Positions 1 to 11,994 of a DNA stretch of 64,000 nt are shown here, piece by piece. Below the pieces are notes generated by a model. The model saw only the letters and a list, made by a program, of their open reading frames with translations. It searched no databases and was not told the DNA's origin. Both the position numbers and the translations under genes were made by a program. Source of the DNA: Utricularia gibba. Lineage: Eukaryota > Plantae > Magnoliophyta. Position 1 is the first letter of the stretch. Each line of letters opens with the position of its first letter. The DNA is taken from contig CM007992.1 of assembly GCA_002189035.1 (NCBI GenBank), positions 2,790,001 through 2,854,000 on the forward strand, given 5' to 3'.

Positions 1-2345
1 GACTTCTTCATCAGCAGAACTACAAACGGGTCGGATTTACCCATAACATCAACGCTGGGTAACCCTTCCGCTGATATAACGTTCACAGAGAGAACCCCTC
101 TGATTATGGCGTCCTTCTTCATTCTTGAACCGCATTTGCTGGTGTGTTTTAGCGTTTTCTCCAATGTCGTTAGTCTGAAGTCAGGATCAAATGGGTTCAT
201 CAACAGGCTCTCAGTGCCGTGAGGGAAGTACAAGAGCTCTAAGTGAACCTACACCATTAGAGATTCACATGTGATCCAGCATACAAATGCGCATCGGAAT
301 TTGAATGGTATGGGTTGACATCATACCCTTTTTTTCTAACAGTATAAGGTTCTAAGTTGAAGTGTGTAACCTGACCACGGTTCCTGGTGTCGCGCTGGAT
401 GTCCAAATCCTTGACAAGCTTTAACCACACATCCTTAACTTTACCATGCTCGAGTTCACACAACGGTATCTGGGCGCAGCCGATTAGTTCAGCGGCCTGA
501 ATGCCTTCATCGTCATATATCTTGATAGTCAAGCGTTGGGTGGATGCATCCTCCACTTCGAACTCGTAGTGCTCGTTCCATATTGGGTTTATTTGATTGT
601 CCTAAAAACGATGAGCTGTTAGAAGCTCTACTGTGCTGAAAAAAAGAAGAAGAATGCGTACGATGGTTTTACTAGTCTTCATCCTGGCCGGCAGCGGACG
701 CACATAGAGCTTCGCGAAGGGATCGGATTTGCCTATCAGATCTTTGTTTGTGAGCTCCTTTGCTTCTATTAGCTTCACCTCCAGAGTCCCTTCGACCTTC
801 ATCTCCAAGTAACTGCATCATTATAAAAGCTCCAAAGTTGACAATAGAAGAACACACATGTTTTACTACAAGTTCAAGATCAAATATATGAAATAAACCT
901 ATAATCTCCTGGGATGATGGGAATGACCGTACGCGCAGGCCACGTGATGGAGTCCTCAATGGCATCATGTATCGTTTCCTGTTTGAGCCGCCATTTCAAT
1001 GGTCATTGAGAAGATAAGATAAGGTGTAGCATACCTCAAGAGCATTTGATATTCCTGGAATTGATGAGATGTCACCACCCACCACCTTGAGGGTGAAACC
1101 AAATTTTCTCTGAGTTTAGGAGAGCATTTGAGAAGTTAGAGATTTTCGAGACCATGAGTTCAAATAGAGTGCTGCATTGCATGTTTTAGAAATTTAGGAT
1201 CGAATGCAAGTGCAAAAATGAACACTTCTAAACCGATTACTGCTAACCAACAAAATGTTTAGGTTTAGATATTGGATGACATGAGTGAATGCAACTTGCC
1301 TTTTCCTTCAGGGAAAAACAAATAGCTCCAAAACATGGGATCTCATTAACCAGTGGCTTCAAAATTACTCTAAAAACTCCAGTGAAACCGATGTTCTTCA
1401 CCTGAAGCACATCATAATTCAACCTTTTTACTCCATATGACAGAGTGGCTGTCACATATGCGAGGCGATCGCTTACCTGAATAGGAAGTGACACACCGAC
1501 TCTGGTCTTAATATCCAAAACGATCTTGGTATTTCCATCCCACTGCATGTCTAGTTCCATTATTATCTCTTTCGGATCGCTTTCAAGAACGCAAACTCCT
1601 GGTCCAAGCCAAAATATACGCTCTAAATACCAATCCGTTCAATTACGAGGGCCAAGTCTTAATAAAAAAAGAACATGCAAATAGGAGGATACAAAGACAA
1701 CCTGTGAACTGAGGTGCCACCGTACCCAAAGTCAAGGTGGAGAATTTCAAAGAATCCAAAATTGCTGGTTTGTATTGCGCCAGGATTGGCTCTACGGACT
1801 CTCTTATCAACTGGGACGCTGCCTATGAAACCCCGAATACAAGTTCCAAACTTGCCGATAAACATCCGTGCATTTTGCAGTTGTTTCGGGTGAAGAAATA
1901 TCATACTAGGAACCTACCTCATCCACGTAAGGCCATATTTTGTCCAAGTGATGGTTTAGCCAATGCAACTGAAATGACACAAGAAAATATACACATGTCG
2001 GGCAGGCGTTCACGAGCATGAAATAGTAACTAAAAGCACTAATACTCAACTTCTGTCTAACAGAGAAGACAACCCATGATGGGTAATACTGATCAGGAAG
2101 CAGTTTCTTTGAATCTTGGATTGTCATCCGCGCAAGCGCGGCTATAGCTGCTGCCTAGGAAACCAGCGGGCTTGTTCTATGATTGGTAAATCAAATTTTC
2201 AACGTCTTCCTAAAAATGAAAGAACGGTGTATTCATTTACCAAATCCATGCGAGTTTTGGATCTTGCGTTTTGGAAACGGGCAAAGCCGACCATCAACCC
2301 GATCCCGAGTGCGAAACCGAGAATCCAACCTATCACGAATCCCAT
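1..2345 (-). CDS. SYT5: Synaptotagmin (SYT4/5-type; N-terminal TM, SMP, two C2 domains); multi-exon, 3' end beyond the window edge
   Basis: ATG at 2345. Exon 1 (2345-2241) MGFVIGWILGFALGIGLMVGFARFQNARSKTRMDL ends at a GT donor. Exon 2 from 2154 reads AAAIAALARMTIQDSKKLLPDQYYPSWVVFS. Later exons give LHWLNHHLDKIWPYVDE, ELDMQWDGN, C2A EGTLEVKLIEAKELTNKDLIGKSDPF and C2B GVLSVNVISAEGLPSVDVMGKSDPFV. Confidence 0.9.
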
Positions 2346-2680
2346 TTTCACTCAAACCAGTGAGTTCTTTTTTTTTTTTTTTTTCCTTTTTGTTTTTCTA
2401 GCAAGAGGGTGCATGGGATCTCCAACGGTGCAGCGTGAAGTTGAATGGTAGGCATGTTGGTGGTGGAGAGGAGAGGCTGCTAACTGACTACTTAAATCTC
2501 TTCTCATGCTAAAAATAGAGCCCAAAAATGGGTACTTTGGAAGATTATAATAGTAGAGCGCAAATTCAAGGTTCTGGGGCGGGTTGGTGAGGGTAGAAGG
2601 ATTTCAGACAAGGGCTTTGCCTAAGCATGAAGGATTTTGCAGAAATCGGACGTTGACCTGAGGGATTTGGAGTAGGCTAG

Positions 2681-5600
2681 ATGGAGGCTCTCCGATGTAA
2701 TATCCAGTTGGCGTTTTTTCTGGGTCTTTTAGATAAATGGCCACTGTCTTCTTTATACATTAGAAAAATGGCCACCGTGTGAATTTTGTTATAAAAATGG
2801 CTATCCTCTCAATTTTTTTTAAAAAAAATTTTACACGATTTGTTATTATTTTATATATAGTATAAATCAATAAATTTTGTTAATAAATATCCTTTAATAT
2901 ACAAACATAAATACATACATCAAAATCATCATTTTTTATTTTATCATTGTATTTATAATAAATATACGATTTTTTAAAAACACAGAATATAGATTAACAA
3001 TAGTTAATTAAATAATTTCATTTTAATTATTATCTTACTAATTTTTTTTTAAAATTAGTTAATTTATAAAAATAGCATTCTCTTTTATTTTAATTTTTTT
3101 ACCCTAAAGCATTCTTTACTTAAATTTACAAACTTTATCTCCAATCATTCTTTTTTTTTTATATTTATGTATTCTTTAACTTCAAGCATAGTTTTCTTAA
3201 TTTTTGTATTCTTCATCTTCAATCATTCTTCTTTCTTTAACTATTTAAGGAGAACTTCCATTATCATTTTGAAAATACAAATCATTTCACAAGACATATT
3301 TTCTTGATTGAGATGGCATTTCAATCTATTATGGCAAAGATATTCTTAGGTGGAAATATCCAAGAATATCACAATGGATATCGGGCATATGATCAACCTC
3401 CAATCGCTATTACGAGCTTCGAAAGTCATATATCATTGGATGAATTGAAGAATCAGTTATCATCATTTTATGGTTTACAAGTTGATCGATATGAAATAGT
3501 AGTTTATGCACAATATTATGATTCAACTTCAAATTTTACAAGATTTATGGGACTTGAATTAGATGTTGATTTGCTATATGTTTTCAATTCGTTACATGCC
3601 GCAATGGGTGTTGATCTATTTGTCGAGGCTACACTAATACTGGAAGAAGAAAACAATCCTAATTTCAATATTAACAATCCTTTACAAGATGTGGAGGAGG
3701 ATCAGTAATACAATATTTATTTTTTAAAATTTTTCTATTATGATTTACATAATTTTTATTAGAATAATTCAAAGTTTCATAATTTATGAAATTATAGATG
3801 AAAATATTGGCCTAACTTTTATCTCAAGTAGGAAGTTACATTTTTTTTAGTTATTTACACTTTTTTTTGAAATAATTAATATATTCATTTACATGTCTCT
3901 TTATCAATATTATTTATAGAATATGATTTAGAAAGAAGAGAAGAAAATGATCCTTTGTTTGATAGTATGGCTCAATATGATACTCACTACGATGAACAAG
4001 GGCAAGAAACCAATGAAAATGAGGAGTTGATTGATGAATTCTCTGAATGATGGGTTCCACGAGGATTTATCGCCAATGAGGGTCGATTAGATAATTGGTC
4101 AGAAGATATACCTCATCCTTACATCTGATGCCTTCATTGTTCATAAAAAACCAACAATTTGGTTCTAAATTGGCATTTCTCAATGCTGTCACTTAGTATT
4201 CAATAAAAGTTGGTCGTGAGTACTCTGTGTACAAAACAAATAAAGAAAAACATCTTGAATTGAGATATTATCAGAAGGCATTTCAAATGTGCAATTGGAG
4301 GATTCGATGTGCTTATCATAAACGCCTTGATTTATGGAAGATAACTGCATTGGAGGAGCCACATACATGTCGACGTCTTGGACCAAACTCACTCTCACAT
4401 AGGAATATTGGAAATGATTATATCGCTGAAATAGCTAGACCACTATTAGAAGAAGATATCACAACTAAGGTGAATGTTATTCAGACAATGATTAAAAGGG
4501 ATACATGATTTACAGTGCTGTATCATCGAGCATGATATGGTATGCGAAAAGCATTTGAACTTGTTTATGGCACATAGGAGTCATCAGTACCTCTACGACT
4601 TGCATTCCTACAAGAAGTTTAGACACAAAATCCCGGAACCATTGTCGTCTACAGACACAAAGAAACCAATGCTTCCAACATTAAAACACTCAAGTACGTA
4701 TTTTGAGCTTTTGGACCATGTATTCATGCTTATCAATGGACTCGACCTATTATCACAGTAGATGGAACACATCTCTACTCAAAGTTCAATCACAAGTTAT
4801 TGATTGACATAATTGTAGATGCTTGTGACCTTCTTCTACCTCTTGCATTTGCAATGGTTGATAGCGAAAATGATGAATCTTGGTTATGGTTTATTTTGTT
4901 GTTCGGTCACTATGTTGTCACAGGCGAGGGACATGTCTTATATCAAATCGGTGTAGTTCAATTCAAAAAACATCGTCTCAAGTGCTGCCTTTCAAACCAG
5001 AATATGGTGGATGTCATCGGCATTGTATACGACATCTACTATCTAATTTTCTCACTCATTTTTGTACCAAGGGACTTAGGGAGAAATACAATCAAGCGGT
5101 ATATGTTACATCAATCGAAAAATTTGAAAAATACATGATTGGAATTCAAAAACTCAATTATGCAGCTTGAGAGTATTTAAACAAATTACCTCAAGAAACA
5201 TGGACACTTGCTTATGATGGAGGTGTTAGGTATTTATTTAATTCTTTTAATATATATTTTTAATTAAATTCACTTAATATATTAATATAATTTTTAAATT
5301 CAATTTCAAGTGTGGTACATTAACAACAAATTATGCTGAAGGATTAAATGGAATATTAAAAGGAGTAAGATATCTTCCTTTGATAGCATTAGTACAAATA
5401 TTATTATAAATTTTAAAGGATATATATATTGTATATACCTAAAAAATATACTATTTAATATATGCAGGTTACGTATACTAGATGTCAACATTATTTTTCT
5501 AAGAGACAAGAGAAGGCAATTAATCTACGACATAAACACATCGAATATGCGGATCAACCAGGGAAACTATACGCACATTGGGACAAGCCCATCCCACATG

Positions 5601-7885
5601 CAAAGATCCAAGTTATAGATGCTGCACAATCAAAGGTTTGAGTTATAACCCATAAAAAGAATGGGAAAAATAAAAGCTACATTGTTATGGTTCAAGATGG
5701 AATATATGAGTGCAGAAAATGGCAAAATTTTGACGTACCATGCTCTCATACACAACAAGTATGTCTATTTTATTCATTTTATTAATTTGTATATCATTAA
5801 TCCTATCATATATTTATATACAGTCATGCAAGCAACTCAATATTGATCCTCGTAATATTATTAATCCAATGATGCATCTTGATCGTCAAATAGCAGCATA
5901 TGAATTTCAAATTCAAGCATTACGGTCTAAAGAAAGATGGGCACCACCATTATTTACCTTGATGCATGATCCAGACCGAAGAAAAGATGTTCGAGTAGGT
6001 CGTCCTGAATCTAGAAGACATCTAATGCCTATGGATTTCCAAGCAAGTGGATCATCACACAATAGAACACGTAGATATTCTACTTTACTTGAAGATATAA
6101 GCTACAAATCACCTCCATCGATACATCGATCTTCTATTGATCTTCCATCCCAACCTCCATATGGAAATAATGAAGTACGTCCACGATCTTCGATGCACAA
6201 TCCACCTATTGGATGGAACTACACAACGAGTGAAATTGGACAATTTTCAAGAAATTCTATACAACAAAGCAGTTTGATCATTCATAATTTTTTAGATAGA
6301 TTTAAACGAAGAAAACATTAAATGTAAAATATTTTATATTGTATTTTATTATTTTAAACAATAAATTTGATAATTATTTATATATTTTGAAATAAATTTA
6401 TTCAAATTAATATTTTAAAAATAATTTATCAAATTTTATAAAAAAAAATACGTATTGAAAAGATGATAAAGCTTTTTAAATATTTAAATATTTTTTGAAT
6501 AACTTAAAATATTTTGAAAGTATTATAATTTATAAATTTTAGACATTATTTATATATCCTAACTAATATTATTATAAGATTATTTTAATAAAAAATATAA
6601 TTTTTTTAAAAAAAATAGAGATGATGGCCAGTTTTATAAAGAATTACATTTTCTCACACACATGTGAGAGGTTGGCCACTTTTCTAATAAACTCCGTTTT
6701 TTTCCCAAGAGGCTAACTTGTTCGTTCCGGTATAACGTGATTGTAATTATCAGAGGTTTGATTGTATAGCCTTTCGAATCGTAGTCACGAAGATGTGTTC
6801 TTGGCATGTCTTCCGGAGGTCTCCGTGTGCGCGCCATGCTTGATGTATTGACTCTCTTTTCTTTTTGCAAACCGTCTACTCCCGAGATTTCCCATAGATT
6901 CATTTTGATTGTTTCAGTTTGTGTGTTTCCTCCAAATAGGATTCTTTTGGCGGTTTTGAAATTGAGGATTGGGGTGATAGTAGTAGGCCTGTTGAGTACT
7001 CATTTTTGTCCAGCGAAGGCGAAGAGAGCGATGGGGAAATCCTTTTACATCCAGTATCTGATATTGATTTGCCTACCACGAAAGAAAGATTGCTTTTTGC
7101 AGATGTCTCGCTAACAGTAACTGCACATCGGCTTGGAACCCTTGGCAGAACATCAAGCAAGAAAAGGTGAGAAACATACGGATTTCATATATTATTTTTC
7201 ATGACTTATAGAAATGCTCAGTTCTATAATGCTTTGCTATGTGCCAACTCGCATTCCATAAATTAATTCGTCACATGTTTATGGAGATTTAAATTAGCTT
7301 CTTATTACAAGATTATGTTTGGCTTTAATGAGATCATTTCTCCTCTTGCAGTACTAGTTATATGAGCTATGTTGGGCTTGCACTGATATCAACAGCAATT
7401 CTTTTAGTTGTGGATCAATGTGCATGGAGAATTGTCCGAATGCCCCTAGCCCCGTTTTATTTGATGCGACCATTTTTAGTAGCTTTAGTTTTGGTGCCTT
7501 GTTTTGGATATATTTTTCTGCCACTATTTCGTGTGCTAAGTCTCAGGTCGGAATGCTCCTCCCATTGCTGATTTGTTCTGGAGTATTTATATTCGAAACA
7601 CTCTCGGTCATCACACAGGTATGCAACTCATGTATTACCATGTTTTGTCATTAACCTCGAGTCCCATCCCAACTTCAACTGATAGGAGACTAAATTCCTC
7701 AGGTATCTTGGTTCAAAGCAACTAGATTTATTCATGGAAAGGGACACAAATTGTTGAGAACGGCTCCTCTTCATCATCACCTACTATTGTCTGGGATTCA
7801 GCAGCGGAAAATCGTTGATGCTGCTTACTTTGTTTCATCTGTGCTCATTGTCTGCGCCTCGTATGTGGGTCTACCTTCCCTTTAA
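2681..7885 (+). pseudogene. MRAY: Phospho-N-acetylmuramoyl-pentapeptide transferase (MraY) homolog, copy 1; disrupted
   Basis: ATG at 2681 ([13 protein letters not shown]) is cut by a MULE at 2721-6695 and resumes at ~6696, collinear with copy 2. An out-of-frame deletion at ~7549 removes the equivalent of ~15311-16489. The last exon [14 protein letters not shown]...APLHHH ends with TAA at 7885. Confidence 0.9.
2721..6695 (+). mobile_element. Mutator-like DNA transposon (MULE/MuDR), full length but decayed
   Basis: Imperfect TIRs: left gggtcttttagataaatggcca, reverse complement of right gagtttattagaaaagtggcca. ~9-bp TSD gtttttt(t)c at 2713-2720 and 6696-6704. Transposase remnants CNWRIRC...EEPHTC, DGTHLYSK...LPLAFAMVDSENDESWLWF and SWIM-like ECRKWQNFDVPCSH, with stops and frameshifts. 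Confidence 0.92.
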
Positions 7886-8002
7886 CAAGGTTGAGGTTCC
7901 AACCGGTCTTCACCAGAAATTGCATGTACAATAAAAGGCAATGTTCATGGATTACAACATCAGCCATGCAAACTCTGTAGGTATCCTCAAATGATAATTT
8001 TG

Positions 8003-10045
8003 TTACTCCATTTGCACATTTAACCTTCTGAGCCACACAGAGTGCAAGATCATGGTAAACATGTCGAATCTACGAGCTGGCCGGTTCAAAATGAAATGTC
8101 TTCTTACAACTCTCAATCCTCTCCTCAGCTTCAGGTACTCGGCCCCTGATATTCCTCCGATCAACTGCTTCAACCTGGGGATGTCTGACACATTTGCTCC
8201 TACCGAAAATGCTTCCCACCTCAAAACATCACCGAATGGGAGCACATAGTGATCAGAGAGTATCACTGGAATGCATTCAGCGTAGATGGCTTCCACAATT
8301 CTGGGGCTGGCTACTTCGTACCCACTTGGGCATAAACAGAACTTGGATCGTAGCATGTAATCATAGTAATCTTCTTCACCGTTAGTAAGATAATTGGTGA
8401 CCTTGAAATCTGGATCCTTGTCTTTCCAGTGCTTGAGAAGGGTCTCACGGATGTGTCCATGGCTTCCTCCGGCGAAGAATGCAAGATAGGGGCGGGCAGA
8501 CGACATAGGAGGAGTGGAGACGAGCTTCTGATTGACCAAGCCATCGTAGAGATAGAGTTCCGGTAAGCTTACATCTTTTCGTGGATTGAAGCCCTCAGAG
8601 GTGTTTGCATTGCAAAGCACACGAATGGAAGTGTTGTATAGAAATTCATTGCCCCTTGATGCAGCAGGTGCCTGAAGAGGAACAGCAGCATGTTATGTGG
8701 AGAGAAGTAGCACATTTCACAACACAGATCAATCCACCCACCCAATCATGACAGGAGAGCATGAAGTGATCAGCTCCTTGCATCATATTCCAGAAGGGAT
8801 ACTTGGTGGAGATGAGCCTGACGTAGTCATGAACAAACTCTTGCAGAGGGGAGACATCGTATGCATGAGATCTGTAGAGGAACCGTACCATCCATGTTAT
8901 GCTGAATGGCATGAAGAATACGTGTGCTGATTTCGGATCGCTGGTTCGAAAGGGATTCATTCCGCTTTCCATCTCGTGTATGAATCTGCCTTCGCTTGAG
9001 TATATGTCCTTGCAAGGGCCATCGTGCACTATGGGAAGCTCCCCCTCTTGGTATACATAAACCTTGAATCTTCTCTCCATCTCCCTGTAGCTCCTGTCTC
9101 ACACAGGTTGCAGGAAGCCTGTGAACCTCCATATTCTATGTTCATTTGCTAAGCGCAGTGTAGGAAAGCAAGAAACGTGTTTCTTCCACATGGTAGGAAT
9201 TATGAATGAAGCCATTGAGCTCTATGAGCCGACTCAAAGGAACACTATCGACATTGATGGTGGATTGTAAAGAAGGAATGGATCAATCATGAGACTAGAG
9301 AACACAATTTTGCTAAAGAATTGTAAAGAACACAGAGTGTGCTAGAAATGGAAGACTAGTTTCATGAAGAGCCTCATGAGTGGTTCCCGAGGTTTCTCTG
9401 GTTTTATGTTAATAAGATCGATAATCCCATCGGAATCTAACAAAAAAATAGTTCGGCGGCAGTGAGCTAGTTGCTTACTTAATAAATGCAGGAGGATTCC
9501 TATAAACTGCTGAAAAGGAAATGCCATGTTCATCCATGATTGCTGATGCTGAGTGGCTGTTCTCTACTGAAACAGCAGCTTTCTTGATCTCTCTTCGAGC
9601 TCGGGCTAGTCCTTGCTCCAGAGCATTCCTCACTTTACCCTCCATCATACCAAAAAAACCGATCAAACGGAATGAGTGTTGTATATGGAAGAGAGGGGGA
9701 AAAAGAAAGAAAGAAAGAAATCAATGATGATGAAGAAACACAAGGAATCATGCAGCCGCACACAGCCATATAAAAGACGCTCAGCAGATGCATTACGATC
9801 TCCTCATTCCGATACGAATAAGAGTGAGCTTCCAGCTCGTGGCCGCCTAGGCGCATGGACGTGATATTGGTATCCCGCCTTGGGGATCGGGATTCAGAGC
9901 ATGGATTCAGGCTGATGAATGTGATGATGCTGGTAGCTTTACAGGACGACAAGTCACCAAGGAGAAAAACGGCGGTCATCAAAGCAGTTAAAACGGATAA
10001 AATCAGTAGCATCGCGGTGGAGAAACAAGTTCTGTTAGCCGCCAT
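8003..10045 (-). CDS. Exostosin-family (GT47) probable glycosyltransferase, At5g25310-like, type II membrane
   Basis: Signal-anchor exon from ATG 10045. Exon with LEQGLARARREIKKAA...VYRNPPAF. Exon 9093-8742 MERRFKVYVYQEGELPIVHDGPCKDIYSSEG...DHFMLSCHDW. Exon 8671-8003 LCNANTSEGF...SKFCLCPSGYEVASPRIVEAIYAECIPVI...HSVWLRRLN. The exon 1/2 junction is not resolved. Confidence 0.92.
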
Positions 10046-11183
10046 TGAATCCGGTGGAACCGATGCAGAGTGGCGGTGCCGCTACCTTTAATATTTTATA
10101 CTGCGGAAAACAACTACTCCAAGTTTAGGAATTACCAATTTCTGCCATTCTCTAATCAAATAAAGGAATATATGAAAATAATTAGCGTAGAATTTAGTTT
10201 TTATTTAAAATTCTCAATAATATTTAATAAAATACGTGGGGGACCAAATTAAAGCGTCGCCTATTTAGTTACACGTAAACTGAATAGCACCGCCAAGTTT
10301 AATTAATTTATACGTGAGTTAAAATGAATATATGTTTTATGAAAAATCTAATTTTGAAAACTGTCAGGATTAAAGAATAAAGGGGAAATCTAACTTGTAA
10401 AGTGGTAATTTACATTATTTATAAATTGTGAATGGTGAAAATTATAATTAATAAAATTGTGTAAACTATAATAATGTAATATAATCCTAATTGACATTAA
10501 GACTATGATAAATTATATTGATCGAAACTAAAAAACCAATAAAATATTGTGGTCATTTTGTTGAACCGAATAAATATATGTTGATCAAAACTATCAAACC
10601 GATAAAAATGTTAATCAAAACAACTAGCTTTTTGATTTGCTCTCTTGTCCTTTTAGCATTAGAGTTTTCCAATTGCTTGTAAATCAAAGTGGATTTACAT
10701 AGGGCCTCAACTCTTTTTTGGTTTTGCAATTGTGAGGTTTTATGGGACTTGGATCTCGTCAAACGAGTGCTGGCTCTTTCTTCATAGACAAATTTTCATG
10801 ATAAAAGCCATAATAATATAAATTTTCCAAGTTGCATTTATAATTTTGTTATACGCATTTCCAATCTATAAGAAGAATGTTATTCATATTAAATATTCAA
10901 TTTCAAATTGTTTCTATTATACTCCAAAAGTTTAACAGAAGCGTTTTTTTATATTATTCAAATAATCATGCTATGAGGTTAACCATTTTTATTTGGCCGG
11001 GTCGGGCCGAACCTGGGAACGGGTGATATTGGGTTGCTGCTGTTGCATATAGTAGTACAAAGTTGAACCATGATAATGTACAGTGGCTATATTAGTATAG
11101 AATACCCAAATACAGCAACACCGTTCCCTTTTGGTATTTTGGTATACAGGAATATGCACTGCACCGCACCGTAGGAGATCCAA

Positions 11184-11603
11184 TCAAGCGCAGGCGCAGG
11201 GGCTGTCAACAACAACCACCTCCCCTTCGCCTCCCCTGAAAACGAAATACCCAACACCCAGCCCCAAAACAATCGCCAAAAACACGCCGCCGTTGAACGA
11301 CATAACCGCCAGCATCAGTAAATACCCAATCGCAGAGTTAATCACGAACAGGACCGCCGCCGCGGATCGCCGATTCAGGGAATCCGGCTTCCAGTTGAGC
11401 AGAGGAGCGTTGATACCTGACGGATGCAGCGGTTTGTTGGATAGAAACCTGATCTGGATGCGGCGATCCTCCATGTACTGGTAGAAGACGGAGAAGAGGA
11501 AACAGGCCACTAGAGAGAGGGCGTAACTCAGCCATGAATCTGTTTTCCATGAATCGAAGAGGATCGTCACTGATTTGCCCCAGTAGAAAGTCATGTGCAT
11601 CAT
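11184..11603 (-). CDS. COPT5: Copper transporter, COPT5-type (Ctr family), intronless
   Basis: MMHMTFYWG start, [16 protein letters not shown] (MxxxM motif), GxxxG in TM3, and C-terminal DSPCACA. Confidence 0.95.
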   Translation of the reverse strand: MMHMTFYWGKSVTILFDSWKTDSWLSYALSLVACFLFSVFYQYMEDRRIQIRFLSNKPLHPSGINAPLLNWKPDSLNRRSAAAVLFVINSAIGYLLMLAVMSFNGGVFLAIVLGLGVGYFVFRGGEGEVVVVDSPCACA

Positions 11604-11839
11604 CTTGACAGCACCAACGAATGGAATCAATGGCTTCCTGATCTGCGGGGATTGATGCCAAGAACCCGGTTGCGTTCACGCCGCTGATAGGTAGACGCCA
11701 TAAATTCCTCCGCCCAATGCATTTTTGTGGTAGTACAAAGTACGACACGATAAGGAGAACGTACGAGTACTTCCAATTGAATTACTTGTTTTTGGATATT
11801 ATTTTTTACCCCTTTTATTTTATATATTTTAACAAGAGG

Positions 11840-11950
11840 CCTGGCCCAATATTTTTGAAATAAGGCCCATCAAGTGGCTACAGACATCAAGTAAAGCCCA
11901 CAGATCCAACGCCGGAAACAGCCGCGACACACCCAGAAAATTTAGGTCTG
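11840..11950 (+). promoter_or_regulatory. Site II (TGGGCY/GCCCA) cluster between divergent COPT5 and RPS4
   Basis: ggcccaat, ggcccat and aaagcccac lie within ~70 bp upstream of the RPS4 ATG exon; such clusters are typical of plant ribosomal-protein promoters. Confidence 0.55.
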
Positions 11951-11994
11951 GCCTCGTTCGTCACTGGTATCCGGGAGGCAAGGCGGAGCGCAAG

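Noticed and set aside
5740-6321. 193-aa ORF near the MULE right end as a captured host gene
   Set aside because: It follows the SWIM remnant and contains the GRP.S.R segment typical of MuDR transposase C-termini.
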